From positions 14,275 to 78,274 of the forward strand of contig CALEWY010000038.1 in NCBI GenBank assembly GCA_937925335.1: a stretch of DNA of 64,000 nucleotides, in the 5' to 3' direction. The position numbers and the translations under genes are program-made. Positions within the stretch are counted from its first letter, which is position 1; every line of letters starts with the position of its first letter. Of the stretch, positions 20,704 through 30,068 are shown in pieces. Below the pieces are notes generated by a model. The model saw only the letters and a list, made by a program, of their open reading frames with translations, did no database searches and had not been told where the DNA came from. The DNA comes from an uncultured Acidimicrobiales bacterium (GTDB taxonomy: Bacteria > Actinomycetota > Acidimicrobiia > Acidimicrobiales > SZUA-35).

Positions 20704-20878
20704 GGGGTCGCGTCTCAATCTCAACAATTCGCTGGGCGAGGAGCGGCTTGACGGCTGAGAGGTAGGGATCGCGTCGATCCTGTTGAGATTGAGACGCGAC
20801 CCCAAGGCGTGTGGCGGGCGCGTTGGGCCAAAATGTTGAGATTGAGACGCGACCCCAAGGGCGTGGTGGCGGGCGCGT
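20704..20878. repeat. 23-bp repeat in three copies, one inverted relative to the other two (REPIN-like)
   Basis: GGGGTCGCGTCTCAATCTCAACA at 20704-20726; its reverse complement at 20781-20803 and 20834-20856. Confidence 0.88.
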
Positions 20879-20892
20879 GTCACACTTGGGGG

Positions 20893-21312
20893 ATGTGGAC
20901 GTGTCCTTCGTGTGCTCGGCCGTTTGGGAAGACGAACCAGTCGCACATGTGTGCGCCGGGGTTGTCGATCGACGAGTTCTTTGCGACGGCGCATGAACGC
21001 GAGCGGCCGATCTATGACGCGGTTGCCGATCATCTTTCGTCGATCGGCGAGATCACGATCGAGTTCGTGCAAGTCGGCATCTTCTTCAAGAATGGCCCGA
21101 ACATCGCGCAGCTTCGCACGATGAAGAAGTGGATGGCACTTTGTCTCTACTTGCCGGAGAAGGTCAATAGCACCCGCTTCAGCCGCAAGACGGTTCCGGC
21201 CGGTGGCAAGGGCAGCCGCTGGTATCACGTCATCAACGTGACCGACGCCAGTGAGATCGACGATCAGGTGCTCGAGTGGCTGACTCACGCCTACCTCGCC
21301 GTCGACGAATAG
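20893..21312 (+). CDS. DUF5655-like protein
   Basis: MWTCPSCARPFGKTNQSHMC N-terminus; C-terminal EIDDQVLEWLTHAY. Confidence 0.75.
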   Translation: MWTCPSCARPFGKTNQSHMCAPGLSIDEFFATAHERERPIYDAVADHLSSIGEITIEFVQVGIFFKNGPNIAQLRTMKKWMALCLYLPEKVNSTRFSRKTVPAGGKGSRWYHVINVTDASEIDDQVLEWLTHAYLAVDE

Positions 21313-21363
21313 ACGGGTCGTTGAAACCAAGGTGGTGGGCGAGCGTGTGTCGGCCATGATGAG

Positions 21364-21918
21364 GTGATGTCGTCTCACCTCGATGCTGGCCGTCTCGCCG
21401 GTCTGCTCGCTGAACCCGATCGCCGTCGCGTTGTCGCCGCGCTCATCCTCGAAGCTGGCGAACTGCCGGACATCATTGCAGCGACTGGACTCGGCGGTCG
21501 AAGCGTGGTCGATGCGCTCGATCGGCTGACCTCTGGAGGCCTCGTCGAGCAGGGAGCAGACGGCACGTTCATCGTGCTCGAGGAGAGTTTCAAGGCCGCA
21601 GCTCGTGCTGCGGCCCCTGAGCGGCCGACGGGTCAGCATGGTGACGAGCCGGAGGATCACCAGCGCGTGCTGGATCGAGCCATCGTCGATGGGCGACTCG
21701 TGAAGCTGCCGACCAAACGATCAAAGCGACTGGTTGTCCTCGAGCGACTCGCCCAAGAGTTCGAACCGGGGGCGCGTTACGTCGAACGCGAGGCGAACGC
21801 GATTCTCCGAGCGTTTGACGACGACGTGGCAGCACTTCGCCGCTACCTGGTCGACGAGGGATTTCTTGATCGCGCGGACGGTGAATATTGGCGATCCGGC
21901 GGCCGAGTCGACGTGTGA
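21364..21918 (+). CDS. DUF2087 domain protein with N-terminal HTH-like region
   Basis: GRLVKLPTKRSKRLVVL...FEPGARYVEREAN...DVAALRRYLVDEGFLDR..GEYWR. Confidence 0.85.
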   Translation: MMSSHLDAGRLAGLLAEPDRRRVVAALILEAGELPDIIAATGLGGRSVVDALDRLTSGGLVEQGADGTFIVLEESFKAAARAAAPERPTGQHGDEPEDHQRVLDRAIVDGRLVKLPTKRSKRLVVLERLAQEFEPGARYVEREANAILRAFDDDVAALRRYLVDEGFLDRADGEYWRSGGRVDV

Positions 21919-21972
21919 GTTCGAGAGGTCCCGAGGCTCTGGGATCGGTCCGATCGCCGGGAACGACCATCT

Positions 21973-22779
21973 ATGGTTCGACTCGTGACCTCGTCATTCG
22001 AATTGTCTTCCGCTCGAGCCACCGCCCGTATCGACCTTGACGCGGGCCGGCTCGGTTCGCTCATCGTCGATGATCTCGAACTCCTCGTCACCGAAGGGGC
22101 CAAGCCGACTCGATGGGGTTCGTTCCCGATGGTCCCATGGTGCGGACGGCTCAACACCGGCCTCCTCAGCTTCGATGGCGCCTCGTACCAGTTCCCCATC
22201 ACCTCCGGCATCCACGCCAACCACGGCACGGCGATGCATCAGGTCTGGACCGAAACATCTCGATCGGAAGCAGCAGCCGACATCGCCGTCGACCTCGCCG
22301 ATCCTTGGCCCCTCGGCGGCTCGGTCAGCCAGCGATTCGAGCTGACCGACACATCGTTCACCGTCCACATGGCGGTCACCGCTGGTGACGAGCCCATGCC
22401 GGCCCAGATCGGTTGGCATCCCTGGTATCGCCGCGAACTCGACCACGGTGACCCGCTCGAGCTGGAGTTCTCCGCTGCGTCGATCTACGAAACCGATGCA
22501 GAGCAGATCCCGAGTGGTCGGCTCATCCCAACACCGGAGGGTCCGTGGGATGAAACCTTCGTCGAGATCGAGCAGACGCCGATCCTTCGATGGGATGGTG
22601 CGCTCACGCTGGCGATCACCTCCAACTTCGATCACTGGGTGGTGTTCACCGAACCTGAGCATGCTGTGGCGATCGAGCCCCAGTCCGGTGCCCCGAACGA
22701 TCTCAATCGAGCGCCGCAGATTCTCCAGCCAGGCGAAACCCTGCAAGGCTGGATGCGACTCGACTGGGGAGCGTTGTAG
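21973..22779 (+). CDS. Aldose 1-epimerase (mutarotase) family protein
   Basis: PMVPWCGRL, HANHG, GWHPWY, AIEPQS. Confidence 0.88.
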   Translation: MVRLVTSSFELSSARATARIDLDAGRLGSLIVDDLELLVTEGAKPTRWGSFPMVPWCGRLNTGLLSFDGASYQFPITSGIHANHGTAMHQVWTETSRSEAAADIAVDLADPWPLGGSVSQRFELTDTSFTVHMAVTAGDEPMPAQIGWHPWYRRELDHGDPLELEFSAASIYETDAEQIPSGRLIPTPEGPWDETFVEIEQTPILRWDGALTLAITSNFDHWVVFTEPEHAVAIEPQSGAPNDLNRAPQILQPGETLQGWMRLDWGAL

Positions 22780-24162
22780 ATGAACGACACGTGGCAGGGC
22801 GATGCGATTGGTTTGGTCGAGGCGTTTCGCTCCGGGGAGCGAACCCCGCTCGAAGAACTCGACGCATCACTTGCCGCCATCGAGGGGTCGGATCTCAACG
22901 CTGTTTGTTTTACTGACCCGGACCGTGCGCGCCAGGCAGCAAAGACGGCCGACGTCACCCTTCCGTTCGGTGGTGTGCCGATCGGCGTGAAGGAACTCGA
23001 TCGAGTCGAAGGCTGGCCGGACACGCACGCGTCGGTTCCCTTCGCCGATGAGATTGCGACGGTCACCGACACGAAGATTCAGCGCCTCGTCGACGCTGGC
23101 GCGATCCTCGCCGCTCAGACGACCGCGTCGGAATTCGGGGGCGTGAACCAGACCAACACGAAGCTGCACGGAGCGACCCGCAGCCCGTGGAATCGTGAAC
23201 GCACGCCGGGTGGTTCGTCCGGCGGAAGTAGCGCTGCGGTGTCTGCGGGACTTCTCCCGATCGCCACCGGCGGTGATGGCGGCGGATCGATTCGGATCCC
23301 CGCAGGGTTCACCGGGTTGTTCGGCCTCAAGGCCACGTTCGGTCGCATCCCCCTCGGCCCTGACGCGGGGCCGGGCAACCTGACCGTTACATCGGGCTGC
23401 CTCAGCCGCTCGGTGCGAGACACCGCTCGATGGTTCGACGTCAGCAACGGGTTCGATCTGCGCGATCCGCTCAGCCTTCCTCGGGTCGAAGGATGGGAAG
23501 CCGGGCTTGATTCGTTCGGCGATCAACTTCGTGGCCGACGCGCGGCCGTGCTCCCGGCCCTCGGCGCTGCCACGGTGGCCGACGAGACCATCGAGCTTGT
23601 GACCGAAGCGGCAACATGGCTCATCGAGTTACTCGGTCTGACGCGCGTCGACGCTGATGTCGCCATGCCGCGGTCGGGAGGAGCATGGTCCGCAACCGGC
23701 GGCGTTGGACTCTACGGAACCGTGCGCGACCGATGGCCCGAATGTGGCCCGGATCTCACCGGCCCAATGCGAGCCGGTGTCGCTGCGACCCTCGAGTACT
23801 ACAACGTCGATGTTGCGGTCCGCGCCGAGGAGGAGCGGATTGCGATCAACGAGGCGATGGCCACGATGTTCGACCAGACCGACCTCGTGTTTGCTGCGAC
23901 GAACCCCGATGTTGCGTTCACCGCAGATGGGCGTCTGCCGAGTGTGTTCGGTGGCAAAGAGGCCAAACCGATCAACAATGGACTGTTGACGATCCCATCG
24001 AACATCTACGGAAACCCAGCGGTGTCGATCCCGATCGGAACGAGTTCGGACGGCCTGCCCGTCGGGCTTCAGGTGCTTGCTCCACACTTCGACGAACAAC
24101 TGCTGCTCGACATCGCTCGAGCCGTTGAGCGAGAGCGGCCATGGCCGCTGCTCGCCCCATAA
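22780..24162 (+). CDS. Amidase signature family enzyme
   Basis: GVPIGVKEL, TPGGSSGGSSAAV, GDGGGSIRIPA, GLPVGLQ. Confidence 0.93.
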   Translation: MNDTWQGDAIGLVEAFRSGERTPLEELDASLAAIEGSDLNAVCFTDPDRARQAAKTADVTLPFGGVPIGVKELDRVEGWPDTHASVPFADEIATVTDTKIQRLVDAGAILAAQTTASEFGGVNQTNTKLHGATRSPWNRERTPGGSSGGSSAAVSAGLLPIATGGDGGGSIRIPAGFTGLFGLKATFGRIPLGPDAGPGNLTVTSGCLSRSVRDTARWFDVSNGFDLRDPLSLPRVEGWEAGLDSFGDQLRGRRAAVLPALGAATVADETIELVTEAATWLIELLGLTRVDADVAMPRSGGAWSATGGVGLYGTVRDRWPECGPDLTGPMRAGVAATLEYYNVDVAVRAEEERIAINEAMATMFDQTDLVFAATNPDVAFTADGRLPSVFGGKEAKPINNGLLTIPSNIYGNPAVSIPIGTSSDGLPVGLQVLAPHFDEQLLLDIARAVERERPWPLLAP

Positions 24163-24274
24163 CGTCCGGGTCAGGGCCGTTTGGTCAGGTTGCTCGGGTC
24201 AGGGCCTGTTCAGGTCAGGCCGCAGTGGGGCTCAACTCGGCACCGAATAGATCTGAGCTGAATACGCTCTGTTC

Positions 24275-25165
24275 ATGATCGTGAGTTGCGGCGAGGCGTT
24301 GGTCGACATGGTGCCCCATGCGGTGATCGGGGGCGGTCCGTTGAACGTGGCCGTCGCGGCCGCACGGCTCGGCGCGCCAGCTGCCTTCGTCGGAGGGATT
24401 TCGAACGACGAATATGGTCAGGCGATCTGGGCGCACCTCGAGGCCAACAAGGTGAACCTTGCCGCGTCTGCTCGGTTCGACGCACCGACGGCGAAGGCCA
24501 TCATCGAACATGTTCCCGAGCTGCGCTTCCGCTTCGAGGGCGAGAAGACCGCTGACACGCAGCTCGAATCGATCGATCTCGACGTGCTTGGCGAGGGGCC
24601 GCACATCATTCATGGCGGAACGCTCGGGCTCTTTCGAGGAGCGACCGCGCGAGCTCAAGCGGACCTTGTCGAACGCCACGACGGTCTCGTTTCGCTCGAT
24701 CCGAACATCCGCCCGCAGATCATCTCGGATCGTGACGAGTGGAATCACTTCCACGATCGCTGGCTCGCCCGAACGCACATTTACAAGGGTTCGGACGAAG
24801 ATCTCGAGTGGATCTTTCCTGGTCGCTCGTTCGATTCGATCGCCGAGCAGTTGCTCGCTAACGGGGTTGGGGCGGTCGTGTTGACGCGCGGCTCCGCCGG
24901 GCTGTCGATTCTCACACGCGATGGCGCCGCGACCGCTTCTGCACCAACTGTGGAGGTCGTCGACACGGTCGGCGCGGGTGATACGATCATCGCCACGATT
25001 CTCAGCTCGTTGTGGGAAGCCGGAGTCACCTCGGTCGAGCAGCTGCACACAACGTCGGTTTCCGAGTGGGAGACCTTCGCCAACCGAGCTGTGGTCGCCG
25101 CCGGGATCACGGTGTCGCGAGCGGGCGCCGACGTCCCGACCCGAGCAGAGATTCCTGGCTGGTAG
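24275..25165 (+). CDS. PfkB family carbohydrate kinase (fructokinase-like)
   Basis: GEALVD, GGGPLNVA, DPNIR, VVDTVGAGD. Confidence 0.93.
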   Translation: MIVSCGEALVDMVPHAVIGGGPLNVAVAAARLGAPAAFVGGISNDEYGQAIWAHLEANKVNLAASARFDAPTAKAIIEHVPELRFRFEGEKTADTQLESIDLDVLGEGPHIIHGGTLGLFRGATARAQADLVERHDGLVSLDPNIRPQIISDRDEWNHFHDRWLARTHIYKGSDEDLEWIFPGRSFDSIAEQLLANGVGAVVLTRGSAGLSILTRDGAATASAPTVEVVDTVGAGDTIIATILSSLWEAGVTSVEQLHTTSVSEWETFANRAVVAAGITVSRAGADVPTRAEIPGW

Positions 25166-25191
25166 CCCGCCTCGGTCGCAGGAGCGTCCCG

Positions 25192-25377
25192 TCAGCCGAA
25201 GGCCGGGATCGCGACGGACGAGATCAACACGTAGAGAATCGGACCAACGAAGGCCAGAAGGTAGAGCCACGCTCGAATGCGGTTCTTTGTGCTGATCTTG
25301 CCGTCGCGCGTCGCTCGCCGGGCGAATGCCTCGGCGGCTGCAGCTCCATAGAATGGTCCGTTGGGGTTGTGTCGCAT
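25192..25377 (-). CDS. Small single-TM hypothetical protein
   Basis: 61-aa ORF with an AAAGGA RBS and a C-terminal hydrophobic helix. Confidence 0.6.
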   Translation of the reverse strand: MRHNPNGPFYGAAAAEAFARRATRDGKISTKNRIRAWLYLLAFVGPILYVLISSVAIPAFG

Positions 25378-25449
25378 GTGTCCTTTGCTCGCGCCGGATG
25401 TCAGGCGCTGACTATCCAAACGCCGCCCACCATGCGCAAGTTCCCAGTT

Positions 25450-26016
25450 TCAGCCTGAGCGAGCGGAGCGGATGAAACCGATCGCCCCGGCGATCGTGGC
25501 GAAGGCTGCGGCGAACAGTGCTGCGGCGGCGATGACGAATCCTGCTCGATGGATGGCGTTCACTTCTGGCCGTTCGTTGAGGAGAGCGATGGCGATCGAC
25601 GCGAACCCAAAGAATGCTCCGAACCCCGACCCGATCATCGCAACGAGCCAACGAAGGTTGTCGCGATAGCGGGCGTGGGCGAACCACCAGACGGCACTGA
25701 GCCCACAGATCGGGGCGACGACGATCGAGAGTCCCGGCCAATCCGGCCCAACCGACTGCACGGCGGAGGCGCCAAAGATCGTCGCTCCGGTTGTGGCCAG
25801 ATTGGCTCCGATCGCTCCGAGGCGGTCGGGTCCGGCGAGTTCAACCGATGTGCGGCGAGCCGCAGTGATTCCTGCTGCGGTCGACGCCACGAAGAATGCC
25901 GCGCTGATGGCGGTGCTCGCCGATGCGGTGGCGAGGCCGAGGAACGAAGTGATCAAGGCTCCAGCGACGGCGAAGAGCGCACCGCTGGCCGCTTGCGCCG
26001 TGATCCGGTCGGTCAT
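25450..26016 (-). CDS. Hypothetical multi-pass membrane protein
   Basis: About six hydrophobic segments; ATGA overlap with the upstream gene. Confidence 0.7.
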   Translation of the reverse strand: MTDRITAQAASGALFAVAGALITSFLGLATASASTAISAAFFVASTAAGITAARRTSVELAGPDRLGAIGANLATTGATIFGASAVQSVGPDWPGLSIVVAPICGLSAVWWFAHARYRDNLRWLVAMIGSGFGAFFGFASIAIALLNERPEVNAIHRAGFVIAAAALFAAAFATIAGAIGFIRSARSG

Positions 26017-26855
26017 GAGATCACCGGGAGCTGGTCGCCTTGGCGCACGGTGCGAGCTGCGTTCGTCTCCTGCACGATCCCGTGCCGTTCGATCGACGTG
26101 TTGGTGTTGGAGCAGCCGCCGTTCGTTTCGGTTTGATAGTTCACGGTCACCGAATCGGGTGTGAACACGGTGCCGTCGAAGTTGCGGGCTTCGAGGCCAC
26201 TCCATCGCACCTTTGTCGATGGCTCGTCGCAGTGGGCGAACGACTCGGTCCAGACCATGGGGTGGGCCAGCGATGAGCCAGAACAGTGCAGATCTCGCAC
26301 GTGCGTCGGCACGCCGACGGGGTCGATGATCCATCCCCGCCAAACGCCCGGCGAAACCAGAGCGATTCGATAGGTGTAGGGAAGGCCAGCGTCCCAGCGG
26401 TAGTTGCACGTGTTCGCGTTGTTGAGCGCTGACGGCGCAGACAGCGCCGAACCGACCAGCTCGCCGGTCGACCCTGAAGCTCGGTCGTGATAGCCGCCCC
26501 AGTTCACCGCGCCAGCCCCCGGGTAGGCCGCGTGATGCTGCAAGCCGAAATGGCCGGCGCCCATCGATTGTTGGCCGTCCATGAAGTTCGCTTGGAGCGC
26601 CCAAAAAACGAGTCGTTCGGCCGGGGGTGTGGAGAGAACCTCGATGGTGGCTCGAAGGTCGATGATGTCGATGGCCTCGGCTGGAAGGTTCCAGAACAAG
26701 TGCATCGAGGACGCGCCGTTGCTGGAGGCCGGAGGCCCGCTCGTTCGGGAGGACACGTCACCCAGGTTGCCACGGAAGGCGGGCCGTTCAGCCAACGTGC
26801 GTTGATTCGATGTCGAACGAGCGCGGACTGCTTGTGTAAGCAGCGAGAAGAACAT
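26013..26855 (-). CDS. Hypothetical beta-rich protein (DUF3472-like)
   Basis: Aromatic-rich beta pattern: FWALQ, GHFGLQ, YRW...YTYRI, VWTESF; start position uncertain. Confidence 0.6.
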   Translation of the reverse strand: MFFSLLTQAVRARSTSNQRTLAERPAFRGNLGDVSSRTSGPPASSNGASSMHLFWNLPAEAIDIIDLRATIEVLSTPPAERLVFWALQANFMDGQQSMGAGHFGLQHHAAYPGAGAVNWGGYHDRASGSTGELVGSALSAPSALNNANTCNYRWDAGLPYTYRIALVSPGVWRGWIIDPVGVPTHVRDLHCSGSSLAHPMVWTESFAHCDEPSTKVRWSGLEARNFDGTVFTPDSVTVNYQTETNGGCSNTNTSIERHGIVQETNAARTVRQGDQLPVIS

Positions 26856-26919
26856 GCTCCAGTTGTCACCTTCACGAGCCGAAGACTGAAGGAGCGAACA
26901 CATCGGCAGTGGGTACGTG

Positions 26920-29193
26920 ATGGCAGATCGACAACCAAGACGAGTGATAGCAGTCGTCACCGACGCGCTGGCACCGTTTCATCGCGAGCTGGTTGATCAC
27001 CTCGAACCGCACTTCTCCGCCGCCGGTTACGGCACGCTCGCCGTCGCCGGTCGTGACATCCGCACCGATCGACTCGTCGGACACAGCGTTGGAGGCGCAA
27101 TGCCTCGACGGTTTGGCACCGGATTCGACGTTCGTGGTGCAGCCGTTGTGTGTGGTGCCACGCCGCCAGACATGTCGCCGAGCGCAGTGAAGCAGTTCTT
27201 TGCCCAGCTCACCGAAGGACCCACGGTGAGCGTGGGGATCACTCTCCCTGGTATCCCAAGCGTCACGATTGGTTGGCAAGCATCGATCGATGAACTGATG
27301 GATCACGTCACCGAAGACCCAACGCGGCGTCGGTTTGCGTTCGTCCGCGGCTTTCCGAACGATCCACACTCAGAACAACGCGAGGCAGGCTTTCGGGCCG
27401 GGCTGGCTCGAGCCGGCCTTCCGGTCGACGAGCAGATGATCGTGAGCGGTCATTACTCCGTCGCTGATGCGTTCCGGGCCGTCGACGGCCTCCTCCGCGA
27501 CGGTCACCGATTCGACGGCGTCGTGGCAGCCAACGACGACATGGCGATCGGCGTGATGGCCGCGCTCAACCGACGCGGGATCAGCGTTCCCGAAGACGTC
27601 ATCGTCGCCGGGTTCGATGCATCGCTCGCGGCCTTTCAGGCCGAGCCGCCACTCACCAGCGGGATCCTCGACACTGCGGGCCTCGCCGAGGCCGCGGCAA
27701 ACCGACTGGTCGAGGCGATTGAGGCCAAGACCCACCTGCCTGCCAGTCTGAACGTCGAGATTGAGAGTGGGGTCGTCCGCCGGGCATCGACGCGAGCGTC
27801 CGTGATTGAACGATCACCGAACCGACTGCCGGACTCTTCCGATTTCGACTCGATTCTGCGGGAGCGCATCACGACGCGGCTGGAGACGGCCCGAGCACCC
27901 CAAGAGGTCGACATCGCTCAATTGATCGACGCAGTGGTCGAAACGATGGTGACGGGCAACGGAGCCTTCGAACAACTGCAAGCATCCTCATTCGAATCGA
28001 CCTCGCCGTTTGGTCGATCCGACCTTCCGTGGATTCGCCACGTGATCGCGGTGCTGCGCTCGGTCGCCATCGAACTCAATCCTGGTGACATCCCCGAGGC
28101 TGGCCTGACGTCGATCATCCAACAGATCGCCCAGATCGAGGACCGTGTTCGTCCGGTCGAGAAGCTCGTCGAGGTCGAGCGACAGACGCAACAGCACCTC
28201 CAAGAACGACTGGTGATGCGGCTTGCCGCGTGTTCGGAGCAAGCATCGCTTTGGCACACCTTGCGGACTGGGCTCCGGGCGCTCGGCATGACGAATGCGT
28301 GGGTCGCCGTTGACGAACGAATCCGTGATGTCGAAGGGAACGACGGTGCCGGCGACATGCGCCTTTTGTTCAGCCTTGGCGACGTGTTGCCCGACGACGG
28401 TGTGCTCTTCGATCGGCGGAGCGTGTTGCCAAGGCGTTTCGAGCCGTTACTCGAGCAAGGCTTGCACGTCCTCGTTCCGCTTCGTGCGGGTGAGTCTGAC
28501 GTCGGATACATCGTGATTGAGCCGAGCGGGGGACACCTCCTCGAACTGGAAGCGATCGCCCTCGGCATCGCCCAGGTGCTCCGCCACGTCGACCAAGTCG
28601 AAGACCTCGAGTCGCAGGCATCGCGCCTCCGTATCGCCAATGGGGCCCTCGATGTGCTCGCCCGCCGAGATGCGCTGACCGGGCTCGCGAACCGCAAACG
28701 CCTTGTCGAACATCTCGAGGAGAAGTTGGGTGCTGCTGACGAGGACACACACTTCGACGTTCTCTTCATCGACCTCGATGGCTTCAAACTCGTGAACGAC
28801 ACCCTTGGCCACGCCGCCGGTGATGAGGTGTTGCGAGCGGTTGCCGGTCGCCTCGGCGAGCTGCTCGACGAGAACGACTTTCTGGCCCGCCTTGGCGGTG
28901 ACGAGTTCGTGCTTGTCCTTCACGGTGATCGGCCAGCGCTCGATGTGGGGCGTTCGGCGGTCGAAGCCGTTGCGGAACCTGTGGACGTGCTCGGATGCGA
29001 ACGCTGCGTTTCCGCGAGCGTTGGGATCGCACGATTCCCTGACGAAGGAACGACGACGGATCAGTTGATCAGCAACGCCGATGCGGCGATGTACGCGGCG
29101 AAAGCAGCCGGGAGAAACCGGATGGTTCACTACCGTGACCTCGGCGAGTCGTCGCTTCCGCAGGGGCCGGAACCTCCGGTCCTCTACCGATAG
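26920..29193 (+). CDS. Diguanylate cyclase with N-terminal LacI-type sugar-binding domain
   Basis: VVAANDDMAIG, VPEDVIVAGFD, PPLTS (LacI ligand-binding fold); DALTGLANR, IDLDGFKLVNDTLGHAAGD, RLGGDEF. Confidence 0.92.
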   Translation: MADRQPRRVIAVVTDALAPFHRELVDHLEPHFSAAGYGTLAVAGRDIRTDRLVGHSVGGAMPRRFGTGFDVRGAAVVCGATPPDMSPSAVKQFFAQLTEGPTVSVGITLPGIPSVTIGWQASIDELMDHVTEDPTRRRFAFVRGFPNDPHSEQREAGFRAGLARAGLPVDEQMIVSGHYSVADAFRAVDGLLRDGHRFDGVVAANDDMAIGVMAALNRRGISVPEDVIVAGFDASLAAFQAEPPLTSGILDTAGLAEAAANRLVEAIEAKTHLPASLNVEIESGVVRRASTRASVIERSPNRLPDSSDFDSILRERITTRLETARAPQEVDIAQLIDAVVETMVTGNGAFEQLQASSFESTSPFGRSDLPWIRHVIAVLRSVAIELNPGDIPEAGLTSIIQQIAQIEDRVRPVEKLVEVERQTQQHLQERLVMRLAACSEQASLWHTLRTGLRALGMTNAWVAVDERIRDVEGNDGAGDMRLLFSLGDVLPDDGVLFDRRSVLPRRFEPLLEQGLHVLVPLRAGESDVGYIVIEPSGGHLLELEAIALGIAQVLRHVDQVEDLESQASRLRIANGALDVLARRDALTGLANRKRLVEHLEEKLGAADEDTHFDVLFIDLDGFKLVNDTLGHAAGDEVLRAVAGRLGELLDENDFLARLGGDEFVLVLHGDRPALDVGRSAVEAVAEPVDVLGCERCVSASVGIARFPDEGTTTDQLISNADAAMYAAKAAGRNRMVHYRDLGESSLPQGPEPPVLYR

Positions 29194-29234
29194 CCTGAAC
29201 CGATGCACGTCGAACGCGCTGTAACGAGCGCTTT

Positions 29235-29927
29235 CTGATTTTCGACCCACCTCCTGGCCGAGGCGGCCCGCAGTTCATCCCTCGCCCCGACGATGCTCGG
29301 CTGGGAGAACCCGCACCGTGGGCCGGCGTCGCCGCTGAGCTCGCCGCTTCGCTGACACTCGATTCGATTGCGGCGGTTGTCGGGGAACCTCCCGCCGATG
29401 CTCCGCAGGCGGTCATCGTCGATGGACGCTCACCCTCGGCGGTGCTTGCGCCGGTCTTCGATGCTGGATCCGGCCCCGAGCTACTCCTGACCCGGCGGGC
29501 CTGGCACATGCGGAGCCACACCGGTGAGGTCAGCTTCCCCGGTGGCCGCGCGGAGCCAGCCGACGTCGACCTGATCGCGACGGCGTTGCGCGAGACACAC
29601 GAAGAGGTCGGCATCGCGCCAGAGCTCGTTCGGATCGAGGGTGAGCTGACTCGGCTGACCACCGTGTCGAGCCCTGCGTTCATCGTTCCCTACGTCGGTG
29701 TGCTCGACGGCCGTCCAGACACGACGATCTCGGCGGACGAAGTCGACGCCGTCTTGCACGTCCCCATCGCCGAGTTGCTCGATCCTTCGATCTACCGCCA
29801 AGAGATCTGGACTCGGAACGGCGCGCCGTTTGAGATCACGTTCTTCGAGCTCGTCGGCGACACCTTGTGGGGTGCCACCGCACGGATGGTCCGCGACCTC
29901 CTCGAACGCTTGATGCTCAGCGCTTGA
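29235..29927 (+). CDS. Nudix CoA pyrophosphatase (NudL-like)
   Basis: LLTRR..MRSHTGEVSFPGG, ALRETHEEVG, LWGATA; start uncertain (CTG 29235 or GTG 29442). Confidence 0.85.
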   Translation: MIFDPPPGRGGPQFIPRPDDARLGEPAPWAGVAAELAASLTLDSIAAVVGEPPADAPQAVIVDGRSPSAVLAPVFDAGSGPELLLTRRAWHMRSHTGEVSFPGGRAEPADVDLIATALRETHEEVGIAPELVRIEGELTRLTTVSSPAFIVPYVGVLDGRPDTTISADEVDAVLHVPIAELLDPSIYRQEIWTRNGAPFEITFFELVGDTLWGATARMVRDLLERLMLSA

Positions 29928-30068
29928 AGTTTGGGCGCTTTGAAGTTCGAAGTCGGGCGCGTGAAGTTGGGCGCTTGGTGATCTGTCTCAACTCCTGTCG
30001 GCCGACTCGCCCGGCATCATCGAGTTCGTTGCACAGAACCGTCGCAGTCGAGCAGTAGCGTTCGGTCG

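Noticed and set aside
20340-20765. ORFs across the post-groEL repeats
   Set aside because: The translations simply mirror the DNA repeats and have atypical composition
20704-20878. CRISPR array or IS terminal inverted repeats
   Set aside because: Mixed orientations, duplicated flanks instead of unique spacers, and no transposase ORF
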